Assembly: GCF_963676685.1 (NCBI RefSeq)
Contig: NC_092347.1
Span: forward strand, 90,148,001-90,212,000
Length of the DNA stretch: 64,000 nucleotides
Reading direction: 5' to 3'
Source: Mytilus edulis
Taxonomy: Eukaryota
In this document: piece by piece, positions 50,865-63,855 of the stretch
How positions within the stretch are numbered: the first letter of the stretch is position 1
How the letters are laid out: every line of letters starts with the position of its first letter
Program-made: the position numbers and the translations under genes
The notes under the pieces: model-generated
Told to the model about the DNA's origin: nothing
The model's database searches: none
The model's input: only the letters and a program-made list of their open reading frames with translations

Positions 50865-53224
50865 AAAACGAAGAAAACTTACCTTCATAATACTGGATAC
50901 TAAATTACATAAACTCCATATAAAGAACGATACATAGCTGGGTCTTCAAAATGTTCTACTAAACATCTTTCTAAAGTACTGACTACTATTCTTTCTACAG
51001 TTAAAGATGGGCTTCAAAAATATTGTGATGAGATATATTCTACTACTGGTGTTAACTAGATGTGGATTCTCAAAAATTCGAAAGATCTACTGCTTAATCT
51101 TCGATCACAATTTTTGCAATTTTGCAGCAACATAAAAACTTTTGATTTTTCTACGCTATACACTACTATTCCCCATGCCCAGTTGAAAGATAGACTTCCC
51201 CATCTCATAAAACAGAGCTTTTTCTTTTCTATAAAAATGGGAATCGAAGATACAAATTTCTTGTTTTGGGTTACAATAATTCATATTTTGTGAAGAATCA
51301 CACTGAATCTTCCAGAAAATATACTGAAGATGATATTATCAAAACGCTGGACTTTTTTTTATCGACAATATATTTGTTGAGTTTGGAGGACAGTCGGTAT
51401 TTGAATGGGTACTAATTGTGCACCCCTGCTGGGCGATTTGTTTTTGTGCTCGTATGAAGAAGAATTCATTCAGAACCTTCTAAAGGACAAAAAGAAAAAG
51501 CACCTTGCGAAATTCTTTAATTTTACTTTCCGATATATTGATGATGTTCTATCATTGAATAACCCATATTTCAGCCAATAATTACATCTCATATATCCCA
51601 GTGAACTTGAAATTAAGGATACTACTGATACTAGTAGGACTGCTTCATACCTTGATCTTTTCCTCAATATTGACGCAGATGGACGACTTCACACGAAAAC
51701 CTATGACAAACGGGACGATTTCAACTTCCCAATTATCAATTTCCCATTTCTCAGCAGTAACATACCCTCTGCCCCTTCGTTTGGTGTTTACATATCACAA
51801 TTGATACGTTATTCTCGTGCTTGTTCACATCATACGGACTTAATATACATGAGTGTGCTCCTTACGCAGAAACTGCTTCAACAAAGTTATGAGGAGGACA
51901 GATTAAAATTGACACTCCGTAAATTTTACGGACACCATCACGAATTGGTGGATCCATACGATGTGTCTTTGACCAAACTAGCTAAGGACATTTTTACCAC
52001 ATGGTAGATTGTGGTTTGTCATTACGTCGTCTTATCTTTTAATTACCAAACGTGACTTATTCCCGATTGTGACTGTTTTGCTGAGTGTGCATTCGCATTA
52101 CTATAAGACGTGTTACGGTACTTATCTATCCCAAATGCATGTATTTAGTTTAAATGTTTAATGTTATATTTGTAATTCTCATCGGATTTTGTCAAATGTG
52201 TTGACGTCTTTTCTATTATATTCATGTGTTATGGTAAAGAAAATTCATCACCGCCTTCATTTATTAGATTTGATTTTGTTCAACGTAATCTGTACGATGT
52301 TTTACGTTTGAAGTCAGATTCAAAACAAACCAAACACAGCTATATAATATAGTTAATTGCTATCTTAGTTTGCTATTAATAAGTATTGAAATGTGCATTG
52401 TTATTAAGTATTTAGTTCAAATATAATCTTAAATCAATCCTAATTCTATCTTATTAATTTTTTTTTGTGTTGCATTTGGTGGGTTATGTAATGTCTTTCG
52501 GTTCTTTCCTGTAATTAGTTAATGCTTCAGTTTTATCATGTATATCTTTTGTATAGTCATTTTAGAATATTTACTGTTTGCAAAAGTATAAGTTATTTTA
52601 AATAATAGGGATGTTCTGGTACCTAACAGAAAATCCTGGCCGTTTTTGGCACAACTTTTTTGAACTTTTGGTCCTCGATGCTGTTCAACTTTGTACTTGT
52701 TTCGGCTTTCAAACTTTGTATCTGGGCGTTACTAGTGAGTCTTGTGTGATAAAAAGTGCACTTCTGGCGTATTAAAATTTTAAACTTGTTGCCTTTTGTT
52801 TGTTATTATTCGTGTGTTTCTTTGTCAACCCACCATTTTTTCCTTTAAAAATTTCCTGCACCAAGTCAGGAATATGACCATTGTTATATTATAGTTCGTT
52901 TCTGTGTGTGTTACATTTTAACGTTGTGTTTCCGTTGTGTCGTTTGTTTTCTCTTATTTTTTAGTGTGAATTCACATTACTATAAGACGTGTCACGGTAC
53001 TTATCTATCCCAAATTCATGTATTTGTTTTTGATGTTATATTTGTTATTCTCATAAGATTTTGTCTAATGCTTACTCCGTGTCTATGTGTGTTACATTTT
53101 AATGTTGTGTCGTTGTTCTCTTATATTCAATGCGTTTCCCTCAGTTTTAGTTTGTTACCCCCATTTTGTTTTTTGTCCATGGATTTACGAGTTTTGAACA
53201 GCGGTATACTACTGTTTCCTTTAT
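50865..53224 (+). mobile_element. 5'-truncated Penelope-like element with a 3' hammerhead cassette, single insertion
   Basis: RT motifs (KLHKTPYKERYIAGS, TFDFSTLY, MGTNCAP, FRYIDDV, YDKRDDF), stop at 52007, internal direct repeat (52083-52200 vs 52962-53070), degenerate hammerhead at ~52725-52772, flanked by TCAG/TCAG. Confidence 0.82.
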
Positions 53225-54244
53225 TCAGTATATATTATTCAACCAAATTTTGATTCATCAAACCACAGCTTGTTAAAATATAATTATAGGATATAGAACT
53301 TCTAATCATAAGACAGTGAATGTTACTGTTTGATATAATTTTTTAATTTGTTAATGATTAAAATTTTAAATTAACACTAAAAATGTACATGTCGTAGCGT
53401 GAGGAACTCAGTTAAGCCTAACTTTTAAACCAATTTGTTCTATATGTCATTGTGACATTTGACTGCGTTTATGCGCTTTTAAAATCTTCAATAATTACAC
53501 AAGAAGTGTTCATCGTTACAAGAACAAATCCGGTGATAAGTTGTAGTTATAGATCCAATCAAAATTCAAAAGTTGACGATAATATGGCTACGAAAAGTAT
53601 AATAAACTCTGGTACAGATATTCCATAGCATTCAACACAATTATTATGCGACCTTGACGAACACAATTGTAATTGGTATATGGTGAAGAGTGGGAAAGTT
53701 CAGGCAAAGTTAAGGCAATCGTTCTATTTAATTCCATGTTTATTTTTTGCTAATGTATCTGCTGTTTGTTAATAAATACTTCTATTGTTGGAATCAATTA
53801 ATTAACTCTATAATGAATAGATTGCCAATTCAAATAACAAAAAACTATAACAATCATTGTGTAGTAATGGGATAAATTTTGTGGTCCATTTTGGTTATCT
53901 GTTCAATGACATTTAATTGAAAACGAAAGAACAGTTACACTACTGTATTGACTCATTGCAAAATAATAAAAATATAATCGGAATCATGTAAATAGTGAAC
54001 CAATGAATATTAGATTAGAATGTGCTTTGAGTCTTTAAACTTCATACTTTATTTAACAAATGGTTGTATGACAAAGTTGATGCCCATGGCGTACATGTAT
54101 TGGCTTGTGTTATAGTAATATAATGCATTATTGAATAGCAGCGGTTTTATTGAAACCTTGACAGTCGTAACAAGAATAATAACGTAAATTCAGTGCTATA
54201 AAATCCACAAAGATACCAAAGGAATATTTAAAACTTGTATATGT

Positions 54245-55569
54245 CGAAAATAACCTGACAAGGCAATGGCTAAAACAGAAGACAAACGGACAAACATTAG
54301 AAACAACACATTGAAAAAATTACCTGACAAGACAATCGCTAAAACAGAAGACAAACGGACAAACATTAGAAACAAAACATTGAAAAAATAACCTGACAAG
54401 GCAATGGCTAAAACAGAAGACAAACGGACAAACATTAGAAACAAAAACATTGAAAAAATAACATGACAAGGCAATGGCTAATACAGAAGACAAACGGATA
54501 AACATTAGAATCAAAACATTGAAAAAATAACCTGACAAGTCAAAGCTCAAACAGAAGACAAACGGACAAACATTAGAAACAAAATATAGAAAAGATAAAC
54601 TGACAAGGCAATGGCTAAAACAGAAGACAAACGGACAAACATTAGAAACAAAACATTGAAAAAATAACCTGACAAGGCAATGGCTGAAACAGAAGACAAA
54701 CGGACAAACATTAGAAACAAAACATTGAAAAAATAACCTGACAAGGCAATGACTGAAACAGAAGACAAACGGACAAACATTAGAAACAAAACATTAAAAA
54801 AAAAATCTGACAAGGCAATGGCTAAAACAGAAGACAAAAGGACAAACATTAGAAACAAAACATTGAAAAAATAACCTGACAAGTCAATGGCTAAAACAGA
54901 AGACAAACGGACAAACATTAGAAACAAAACATTGAAAAAATAAACTGACAAGGCAATGGCTGAAACAGAAGACAAACGGACAAACAATAAAAACAAAACA
55001 ATGAAAAAATAACCTGACAAGGCAATGGCTAAAACAGATGACAAACGGACAAACAATAGAAACAAAACATTGAAAAATTAACCTGACAAGGCAATGGCTA
55101 AAACAAAAGACAAACGGACAAACATTAGAAACACAGCATTGAAAAAATAACCTGACAAGGCCATGGCTTAAACAGAAGACAAACGGACAAACATTAGAAT
55201 CAAAACATTGAAAAATTAACCTGACAAGGCAATGGCTAAAACAGAAAACAAACGGACAAACATTAGAAACACAACATTGAAAAAATAACCTGACAAGGCA
55301 ATGGCCAAAACAGAAGACAAACGGACAAACATTAGAAACAAAATATACTAAAAATAAACTGACAAGGCAATGGCTAAAACAGAAGACAAACGGAGAAACA
55401 ATAGAAACAAAACATTGAAAAAATAAACTGACAAGGCAATGGCTAAAACAGAAGACAAACGGACAAACATTAGAAACAAAATATAGAAAAAATAACCTGA
55501 CAAGGTAATGGCTAAAACAGAAGACAAACGGACAAACATTAGAAACAAAACATTGAAAAAATAACCTGA
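54245..55569. repeat. 69-bp minisatellite, ~19 units
   Basis: Unit AAATAACCTGACAAGGCAATGGCTAAAACAGAAGACAAACGGACAAACATTAGAAACAAAACATTGAAA. Accounts for ORFs 54196-55719. Confidence 0.93.
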
Positions 55570-55739
55570 GATCCCTCCCCCATCCCCCATAGCCATAATT
55601 TCGTCATCTTTTGCATTTTGATTTGATCTTTTACTGCAACCTATCAACGGAATTGTTCTTGTAATGACGAACACTTCTTGGGTAATTAATGAAACTTTTA
55701 AAAGTTCATCAACACACAACTACACGTAAATTGTTAATG

Positions 55740-58153
55740 TCAATTGATTGAATAATAAATACTGATTGTTAAACATGTATATTGCAATGGCAAGTAAAAT
55801 CCGTTTCAAAAAAAATTCTTTTCCTAATTGAATACTGATATTGGACCGTGCACCTGAAAGTCTACCAGACTGAGTTTATTGATAGTTAATATTTCTCTAG
55901 AGATCTAACAGTTTAAGTTCTCATTAATATGTATAATAGGAATTGAAAGGATAGTGTGTACTACGAATAAATATCAATTCAATCAGTATAAAGTTTTACA
56001 TTAGTTAAGGTAGTAAAACAATTTGTTTATCTATTGGATTTATCCCAGTGGTAAAACTGTGTTTATTTCATTTTCCTAGTATCATTTTGTTTTTATAATT
56101 GTTTGCTTAAAGCTCAGTTGCGAGTAATACAAACTAGTACGAAAACAAATTAAGAAACTGATCAGTTTGACTAGTTGTTCAAAGAAGCATGATGCTTTGA
56201 CAGTCTATATGGCCTTTTAATTCGATTCGCAATTGATAGTGGGGTGTCTTATTATGAAATTGTCATATGAATGATATCTAAGCTTCGGTGTTTTACATGT
56301 TGAAGGAACACTAATATTTTCAGTGCAGATGTCTAAGGCAAGGGAATAGCCAAATTGAATGGTGACAAAAACTGTTATGATACATGCTCACTCATTGCCA
56401 GAGAAAAAGTCAGACACATTCGGTGTGAATAATATGTAATTTACTTATTGCTATTTATACAAGTTTGCATAATAAATTATGTCTGCCTTTCAAAACAAAA
56501 GAATACAGATGATGAATTATCGACTGTAAAATTATTGCGATGTTCTGCGTGTAAGCTTTTAAATTTTGACATTTGATAATGCACTTTCCGTTTTTAATTT
56601 TCATTAGAGTGGGGTATTTTTTTCCGTTGATTACAAAAGGTAAGTATCCCCTGAGGACTATGTACCTCAGAAACTAACAAAACCTTTATATAGAATAATT
56701 AAGAAGCCAGGGATATAGTTACGATACTGTTGTCATGTCATTAAAGATTGTTAATATTGATTCACTTATAGGGTCTTTGCATCGGAACTAAACACCTTTA
56801 TTTAAAAACCAGTTGTTGGCATGACACCGGTTATGTTCTTCTCATATATTTCAAGACGGTATGATACTAAACCGCTTACTTTTATATGATGACGACATAA
56901 TCTTTCAATCAGTTTAATTGAAGTCTGGAGCTGGCATGCTGGTTAACTGCTAGTAGTCTGTTGTTATTTATGTATTATTGTCATTTTGTTTATTTTCTTT
57001 GGTTACATCTTTTGACATCAGACTCGGACTTCTCTTGAACTGAATTTTAATGTGCGTAATGTTATGCGTTTACTTTTCTACATTGGCTAGAGGTATAGGT
57101 GGAGCGTTGAGATCTCATAAACATGTTTAACCACGCCGCACGTTTGCGCCTGTCACAAGTCAGGAGCCTCTAGCCTCTGTTAGTCTTGTATTATTTTTAA
57201 TTTAAGTTTCTTGTGTATAATTTGGAGTTTAGTATGGCGTTCATTCTCACTGAACTAGTATATATTTGTTTAGGGGCCAGCTGAAGGACGCCTCCTGGTG
57301 CGGGAATTTCTTGCTGCATTGAAGACCAGTTATTGACCTTCTGCTGTTGTCTGTTCTATGGTCGGGTTGTTTTCTCTTAGACACATTCCCCATTTCCATT
57401 CTCCATTTTATGACAGTTTTGAATTTCAATTAAGGTATTAATTCATGGCCGAAACCCCTACAAGACCTGAAAAAGACGTTTGCGAAATCATGGTCATTTG
57501 CATTGCTTTTCATCTAAAAGTCACATTTAAAACCGTTGCAATCATACAAAACTCACGGCAAATACGAAGCTGTTCTTAGCAACGTTTTCTCTAGAAAAAA
57601 GTAGCTAGATGTTGATTACGGTACATCTTTGTATTGAACACGTTAATTTTTGTTCGAAACTTTCTTGCCGTGTTGTCACTTAACATTTCCCAGATTTATC
57701 ACCAAAAGAGGAATTCGGTGATGGAATGGAACGCCCGTTATACCATTTAGTAACTCTTAAAAGAAACAAATCTGACTTTTTTTAAAACTGAGTTTTACTT
57801 TGCGTATTGTTATGTGTTTCTTATTTCTGCATTTGCTAGAGATTAAGGGGAGGGTTGAGATATCACAAAACAGTTTTAACTTCGCCGCATTTTTTTAGCC
57901 TGTCCAATGTCAGGGGTCTCTGGCCTTTGTTAGTCTTGTATGTTTTTTGAATTTTAGTTTATTGATATGTTTGTGAGTTAAATGTGAAGCCCATTTTCAC
58001 TGAACTAGCTGATTTTCCTGTGAACCAGTCTCTTCTTTAGCGGGCTCTTCTATGTGTTTAAACAAAGCCTGACTCCTAAGTAATTAATAAAGACCAAGAC
58101 GCCAGTCACTACACTGGTACAAAATACAGCATGATTTGCATTGTTACTTGTCA
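55740..58153. repeat. Right arm of the long inverted duplication
   Basis: Reverse complement of 48757-50864 plus 53225-53246. Interrupted by an unrelated interspersed repeat at ~56657-57410. Confidence 0.85.
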
Positions 58154-60397
58154 AGATGGTCCAAATATTATTACACATTATGACACTACCCCACCAACAT
58201 AAAAGTATTCAGGAATAAAAAGTTAAAAAAGAAAAAGAAAAAGAAAGTTTTTAAGACTTTTAATCAACATCTATGTTCACAGTTTTCTTTGCAAATATAA
58301 ATGTGGTGTTTAAATATTTCAAAAGAGACAATGGCCAGAGCTCAACATAATGTTGATGAGTTTATCTCAAAATACCTGTCTATAGATGAGTCAATCTATG
58401 CTTAGAGAACCTCGCAGGTAGTGTAATAAAGATTGGTTTTACTCAATTAATCTGTATTATTTCTCTCTACAAGGATTGAATTTTTTTGTGATCATAATAT
58501 TATTGTTGTTTTTTATCTTATTTTTGTTGAACACTATAGTCTGTATTCTGTTGATATTCTCCGAACCTACACAAATTGCACTCTAATTAGTGCTGGGGGA
58601 AGTCATTAACTAACAGCGAATATTGCCGTTTCTTGTGTGTTGAAGTCGTCATTGCAACTTTCGAATAGGAACAAAAATTAAAGCACTATCCTTTTCTTTA
58701 TTCATTTATCAATTTGTGAGTGTATGATATTTTATTGTTCTGAATTTGTAAATCAAAAATTTTATTTCCTTTTAATATTTTCTTATACTATATAAAACTA
58801 TGACATTTGAAACATAATCTTAATGACTGTCCTATTTTAATTCACACCTATTGATAAAAAAAAAAACCTTTATAATTAAGGTGCATTCGAAGTGCTTATC
58901 TGGATTTACTTTCATTAGGAATACTCAAAACAAAACAAAATAAAAGCTGGGGTGTACAGATAGTTGAAGCACTATAAGGTTAAACAGAATAGATAACCAA
59001 AACTATCTACAGTCTAATTTGGATTATAGAAATGTAGAAACATTATGTCTTTTTCATTTTATGTATCAACTGAAAATGTAAGTTATTAATCATATCATTT
59101 CTAAAGTACAAGTCTCGTACATATATTTGATACAACAGACTGATGGTCAGGTGCTATGGATCTAACACATACCTACATTTGAATTATTAGAAGCGTTTTC
59201 CATATCATTCCATGTGTCAAACTGCCAATCAATCCCACACAGAAATGAATTCAGTAAAGAAAATGATCAATATTTTTTTTATTTTCGTACGCATTTTGTT
59301 CATTTGGAAATACAAGAAAACAAGGTCTAGATCTTTACCAGAATGTGCAAATTTAAAGAGTTATAGGTAATTCACGTGTAAGAACTTCCATTTCAATATA
59401 AAAAATGACATGTTTTATCTTGTTTATGGTTGTAATTTACAAAAAAAAAGAAATCTTTTGTTTGATTAAATTTTCCTCAACTTTGCCACATAAGGGGAAG
59501 CAACTCAAATGCCAGGGCAGATAATTCAGATAAAGTTATTTTTACAATAGAATGTGTTAGGAATTTACCTATTTCATAATGTAGCAAGAAAACGGGTCCG
59601 CTGACCCCATTTTTTCTTTTTCTTAACTGAAAGCATACTATTAAAGCTATCGTCTCATATGTTATCTCTAAATTCTATGGTATAGTTTACATTTTATTGC
59701 AGAAAATTGGGTTTTCCATGCATAATCTTTACAAAAATCTGTCAATTTTGAACACCTTGTAGCGTGAAAATAAGCACTGTGACCCATTCTTTTTATTATA
59801 ACTTTTTTAATAGCATGATTTAAACTACATTTTGGCAAATTATTAAAAAAATCTATAGATTATAATTTAGACACCCCATCTACCTTTAATGCGGTTATAA
59901 TATCATTTCAGGTGCACTAAATGTGCAGGACATACCTATGTTTTCGGTACACCAGAGTTCCCTTCCTGATAAGTTACCCGGAATTATTGTAACCACTCCT
60001 ATAAACTTTATGTTTCTTTAAGTCAATATTCCATATTAGTGCGAAAAGAGTCCTTTTGTTTGATATTTGCAAACTTTAAACATATTCATCCTACCTTTTC
60101 ACTTGATTTAACAAAAAATTCTCCGTGCGAGTGTTTGACTATTGTGCTAAACAGGAGGAATTATAAGAATTCGTGTGTTAGTTGGTAATTTTAACACGTC
60201 GTTTTGAAATATTTACTAGGATTATAAACACAAATGATTTATTAAATTTCATATTTGTCTATGTAAAGAAAACCTGACTGAAAATAAGAATAGATTTTAT
60301 AAAAGACAAAAACAATTCAGCACAACTCTTGTACATGTTTCATTCACTTACCATCTTAGTAATATACTAAATTTCCATGAAATGAAGGTTTCCAAAA

Positions 60398-61408
60398 TTA
60401 AAACCCATGTCTTAATGATTGTATATTCAAATGTTGCAATACGTAAACATTTCTCTTCTTTTTACAAAATGATCCAAAGCAACAAAGTTTTATATTGCAA
60501 GAATTTTTACATGGTGGCTTGTTTAAAAAATAATATAAGTATGGATTTATAGTTGAATTCATATATCCAAGCCACGTTATCACTAACACGGTAGGTTTTT
60601 CTGCTTTATAATTCATCAATGTGTCTACTATGGTCAACACGAAAAATGGCAGCCAACAGAGAAAGAAGCAACTTAACATAATTGCAATGGTTCGGGCCAC
60701 TTTAACTTCTCTTTTCATTAATATTTCGTTTTGTTGTAAAATGCACTTACTTAGTTTGCACAAATTCCTTCGATTTGCTCGAACATTGCGTAAAATTTTC
60801 AGATTGCAAACCAACATGAAAGCAGATGGTATATAAAACACTGTAACCCCACATATAACTGCATAGTAAATATTGACTATAAATGAACATGTGTTTGAAC
60901 ATTGTTTTGTTTCTTGTATTCCAATATTATGCACCTCTCCAAAGATCAAACCAAATGAAATAACGACTGGAAGCAGCCAGCATATAATAAGCAAAGTTAT
61001 CACAGAACGATTACACATTAAATTGTGATATCTAAATGGTAAACAAATAGCTATGTATCTGTCAACGGTCATACACATAAGATGGAATATAGATGTACTT
61101 GTAAACATGACATCTAAACTAAACGATAACAAGCACACAGATTTTAAGGTAAGCCATGACATATTTCCGAACTGTTGTAAAATGGAAAATGACATCACAA
61201 ATATCGCAACAGCTATGTCTGTAACTGCCAATGAAACGACGAAGACATTGGCCTTTTGTCTAAATTTATGACGTTTTAGTACAGTAAAGATAACTAGAAT
61301 ATTTCCCGCAATAGTTATACAAGGAAAACAAGAAAGAAATATAATCAACACTATGTCTTCTGTAACTAATTTGTCAATTGTGGTATTTGAGCAAGTTACG
61401 TTGTTCAT
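60398..61408 (-). CDS. Class A aminergic GPCR (trace-amine/5-HT4/octopamine-beta-like), single coding exon, 336 aa
   Basis: GNxLV (TM1), SLAVTD (TM2), Asp in SLDVMF (TM3, D3.32), VDRY, FYIP (TM5), CWLPFF (TM6), WLGYMNSTINPYLY (TM7), N-terminal N-glycosylation sequons. 5'UTR acceptor TTTTCTAG at ~61449. Confidence 0.93.
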   Translation of the reverse strand: MNNVTCSNTTIDKLVTEDIVLIIFLSCFPCITIAGNILVIFTVLKRHKFRQKANVFVVSLAVTDIAVAIFVMSFSILQQFGNMSWLTLKSVCLLSFSLDVMFTSTSIFHLMCMTVDRYIAICLPFRYHNLMCNRSVITLLIICWLLPVVISFGLIFGEVHNIGIQETKQCSNTCSFIVNIYYAVICGVTVFYIPSAFMLVCNLKILRNVRANRRNLCKLSKCILQQNEILMKREVKVARTIAIMLSCFFLCWLPFFVLTIVDTLMNYKAEKPTVLVITWLGYMNSTINPYLYYFLNKPPCKNSCNIKLCCFGSFCKKKRNVYVLQHLNIQSLRHGF

Positions 61409-62687
61409 ATCTTGTTCTTCAAATACTGTGTTTGTTTATACTAGGATCCTAGAAAATAAAACATAAACATTGGTTTAAAATACTTTACACATACATTTTT
61501 TTCGAAACATATAAAAATTGTGATTTAATTGGATGCCATCAAAATTGAATCATATTTATTCAAATTAGTTTGTCTTTGTAAAGTACGAGTTTTACGTTTT
61601 CATCCTAGTGAAATTAAATATCTTTTTTCCAATTCTCTATATGAAAATATTTATTTCATTCACAGTTTCAATTACAGTTCACCTCTGGCGAGACATTATT
61701 ATGAATGTAACTGATTTCCTTAAAATGTAATCACCTGATGCACTGTGTCGACCATAGTCGTCCTCTAAAACGTTATGAAGATATTCGCACGTTAGCATCT
61801 TTTCTATATCAATAATCCATGCATTGCAACACTTGATAAATACATTTCCAAAGGATTAGAGATTTGTTTATTTGAAGTAATTGTATCCTGTTAAACTTGT
61901 GACATGTGTCCAGGGTCTGAAGTTTTACTGTTGTATGTGTGAAAAATGACGCATTGATTCTAGTGGGGCAAATAACGTTGTTTATCAATTAAAGTTTTTT
62001 CAATCATATATAAATCTGTTGATATCCTCCAAACAGATAATACATGATTAGAGACAGACGCTTTGCATAACAAATACATACATCCAATCCATTTCTATAT
62101 CACTTTGATATGAAATATTCTATTTATATGCGAGAAATATAAATCAATTCGACGTGACACTGTAAGAAAACTGGATGTTATAAGTTTGATAACATCATGG
62201 GTTATACAGTGATGCAAACTACTACAGATATGACGTATATAATCCTGTATTATTATGATGTGGGTGCTTTTGGCTTGGTTACTATGCAAAACTGAAAAAC
62301 ATGTTAAACTAAAAATCGGGAATTACATTTTTAATATTTTGTTGAATTATAATGTTTTTTGTCATCCGTCTGCAATCATATCATTTAGGTTTTCTCTAAT
62401 TGAACGAAACAAAGAAACACAATCTTTATATACAAATTCAAAAGAATATAGATTTGTTGAGAAATAAAAATATATAATGCACGAGATTTTATTGTAACAA
62501 GACTGATCCCTGTAAAAAGCTTACTCCTTTTTAGAAATGTCATTCACTCTTAAATTAAAATCTTAATCAATATCTCACCATGTCTTGTCACATAGTATGT
62601 AATGTGTACAAATTATATATGGGCCATTTGAATGTAAAGTTCGTTTCACTATTATAAGATAAATGGGTTACCTTTTTCAAATGTTGC

Positions 62688-63008
62688 AAATAGTTATCAA
62701 AGGTACCAGAATTATAATTTGATACGCCAGACACGCGTTTCGTCTACATAAGACTCATCAGTGACGCTCAGATCAAAATAGTTGTAAAGCCAAACAAGTA
62801 CAAAGTTGAAGAGCATTAAGGACCTGAAATTCCAAAACGTTGTGCCAAATACGGCTAGGGTAATCTATTCCTGGAAGAAGAAAAGGCTTAGTTTTTCGAA
62901 AAATATAAAGTTTTGTCAACAGGAGATCTATTAAAATGACATATAATTGATATTCATGTCAGCACTGAAGTGCTGACTACTGGGCTGGTGTTACCCTCGG
63001 GGACGAAA
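62688..63008 (-). mobile_element. Retrozyme-like monomer (same family as 47705-48350)
   Basis: Reverse complement aligns across nearly the whole ~359-bp unit. Confidence 0.75.
62719..62770 (-). ncRNA. Type I minimal hammerhead ribozyme, intact core
   Basis: Minus strand reads UGAGCGUCA-CUGAUGA-GUCUUAUGUAGAC-GAAA-CGCGUGUCUGGCG-UA. Stem II is 4 bp, stem III is A-U/C-G/G-C/C-G, and the GUA triplet ends at 62723. Confidence 0.78.
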
Positions 63009-63489
63009 ACAGATGTTGGAATCATATGTCTGCCAATGGTAATGTAAATAAGGAATTGTTGATGGTACAACTTTGCGATATTTTTAATTAGATTTTTTAA
63101 ATTCTGGCCTTCCACTTGTTTTATTCAAACTCTACTGGTGTGTAGACGAAATGCAACTTTGACAATCGCTAGTATATGCTTTTTATCTATTTTGTGTATT
63201 TGCATAATGACCTTCATTAACCTTTCGATATCTGATATGTCTTGATTCATTTGAAAGGAATTCGTAAGTCTTTTTGTATTTTATGGATTGGCTGTACTAA
63301 TGAAATATGTGTTATGTTATTGCTCTTGCGAAGATCTTTTACTCGGGTTATTAGTACTATATATAGAGAATAGAATAATCATCCATTTGTAAACTAATTA
63401 ATTGCGTTTTGATTTGGTAAATTTTGGACGCGTCAGAAATTGCATGGTTGTGATGCGTGGATAAATGGAGACGCTTATGTGTTCCAAGG

Positions 63490-63855
63490 CGATGCATTTT
63501 CATAAGGTTTTAAAAACAATGTGATAAGGATTTTTTTCTTAAATATTGGATAACATAGACATTGTGCTCATGCGTTGAAACGACGCAACATACAATGTAG
63601 TTTTATGCTGAACAAAAATCACACGGTGGCTAATTACAAATTAATTATAAATAGGAACCAATTGTATAATTCATATATGCATTCGATAAGATTACCATAA
63701 CAGTCTTATCTTCTGTTGCATGATTTTCAATGTGTCTACTATGTTGAAAATGATTGCAAGACATAATTAACTTAACGTGGTGGCACTGAGACTTCTCTTT
63801 TCGTCAATGTTTTGTCTTGTTAGTGTTGAATACTTTAGTATGCACATATTCTTTT
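63490..63855 (-). pseudogene. Decayed tandem paralog of the aminergic GPCR (3' part, ICL3 to C-tail)
   Basis: Collinear matches to 60375-60770: ACACGGTGGCT/ACATGGTGGCT, AATTCATATAT, CAATGTGTCTACTATG, ACTTCTCTTTTC, TTAGTATGCACATATTC. Indels and loss of CWLPFF. Confidence 0.6.

Noticed and set aside
54196-55719. Hydrophobic multi-TM-looking ORFs (FFNVLFLMFVRLSSVLAIALSGY)
   Set aside because: Antisense reading of an A-rich 69-bp satellite, broken by indels.
60621-61271. Plus-strand ORFs overlapping the GPCR
   Set aside because: Antisense shadows with no independent evidence.
29482-61408. Temptin genes and the GPCR as a linked ligand-receptor system
   Set aside because: The GPCR has small-amine receptor hallmarks, and proximity in an animal genome is not evidence of function.
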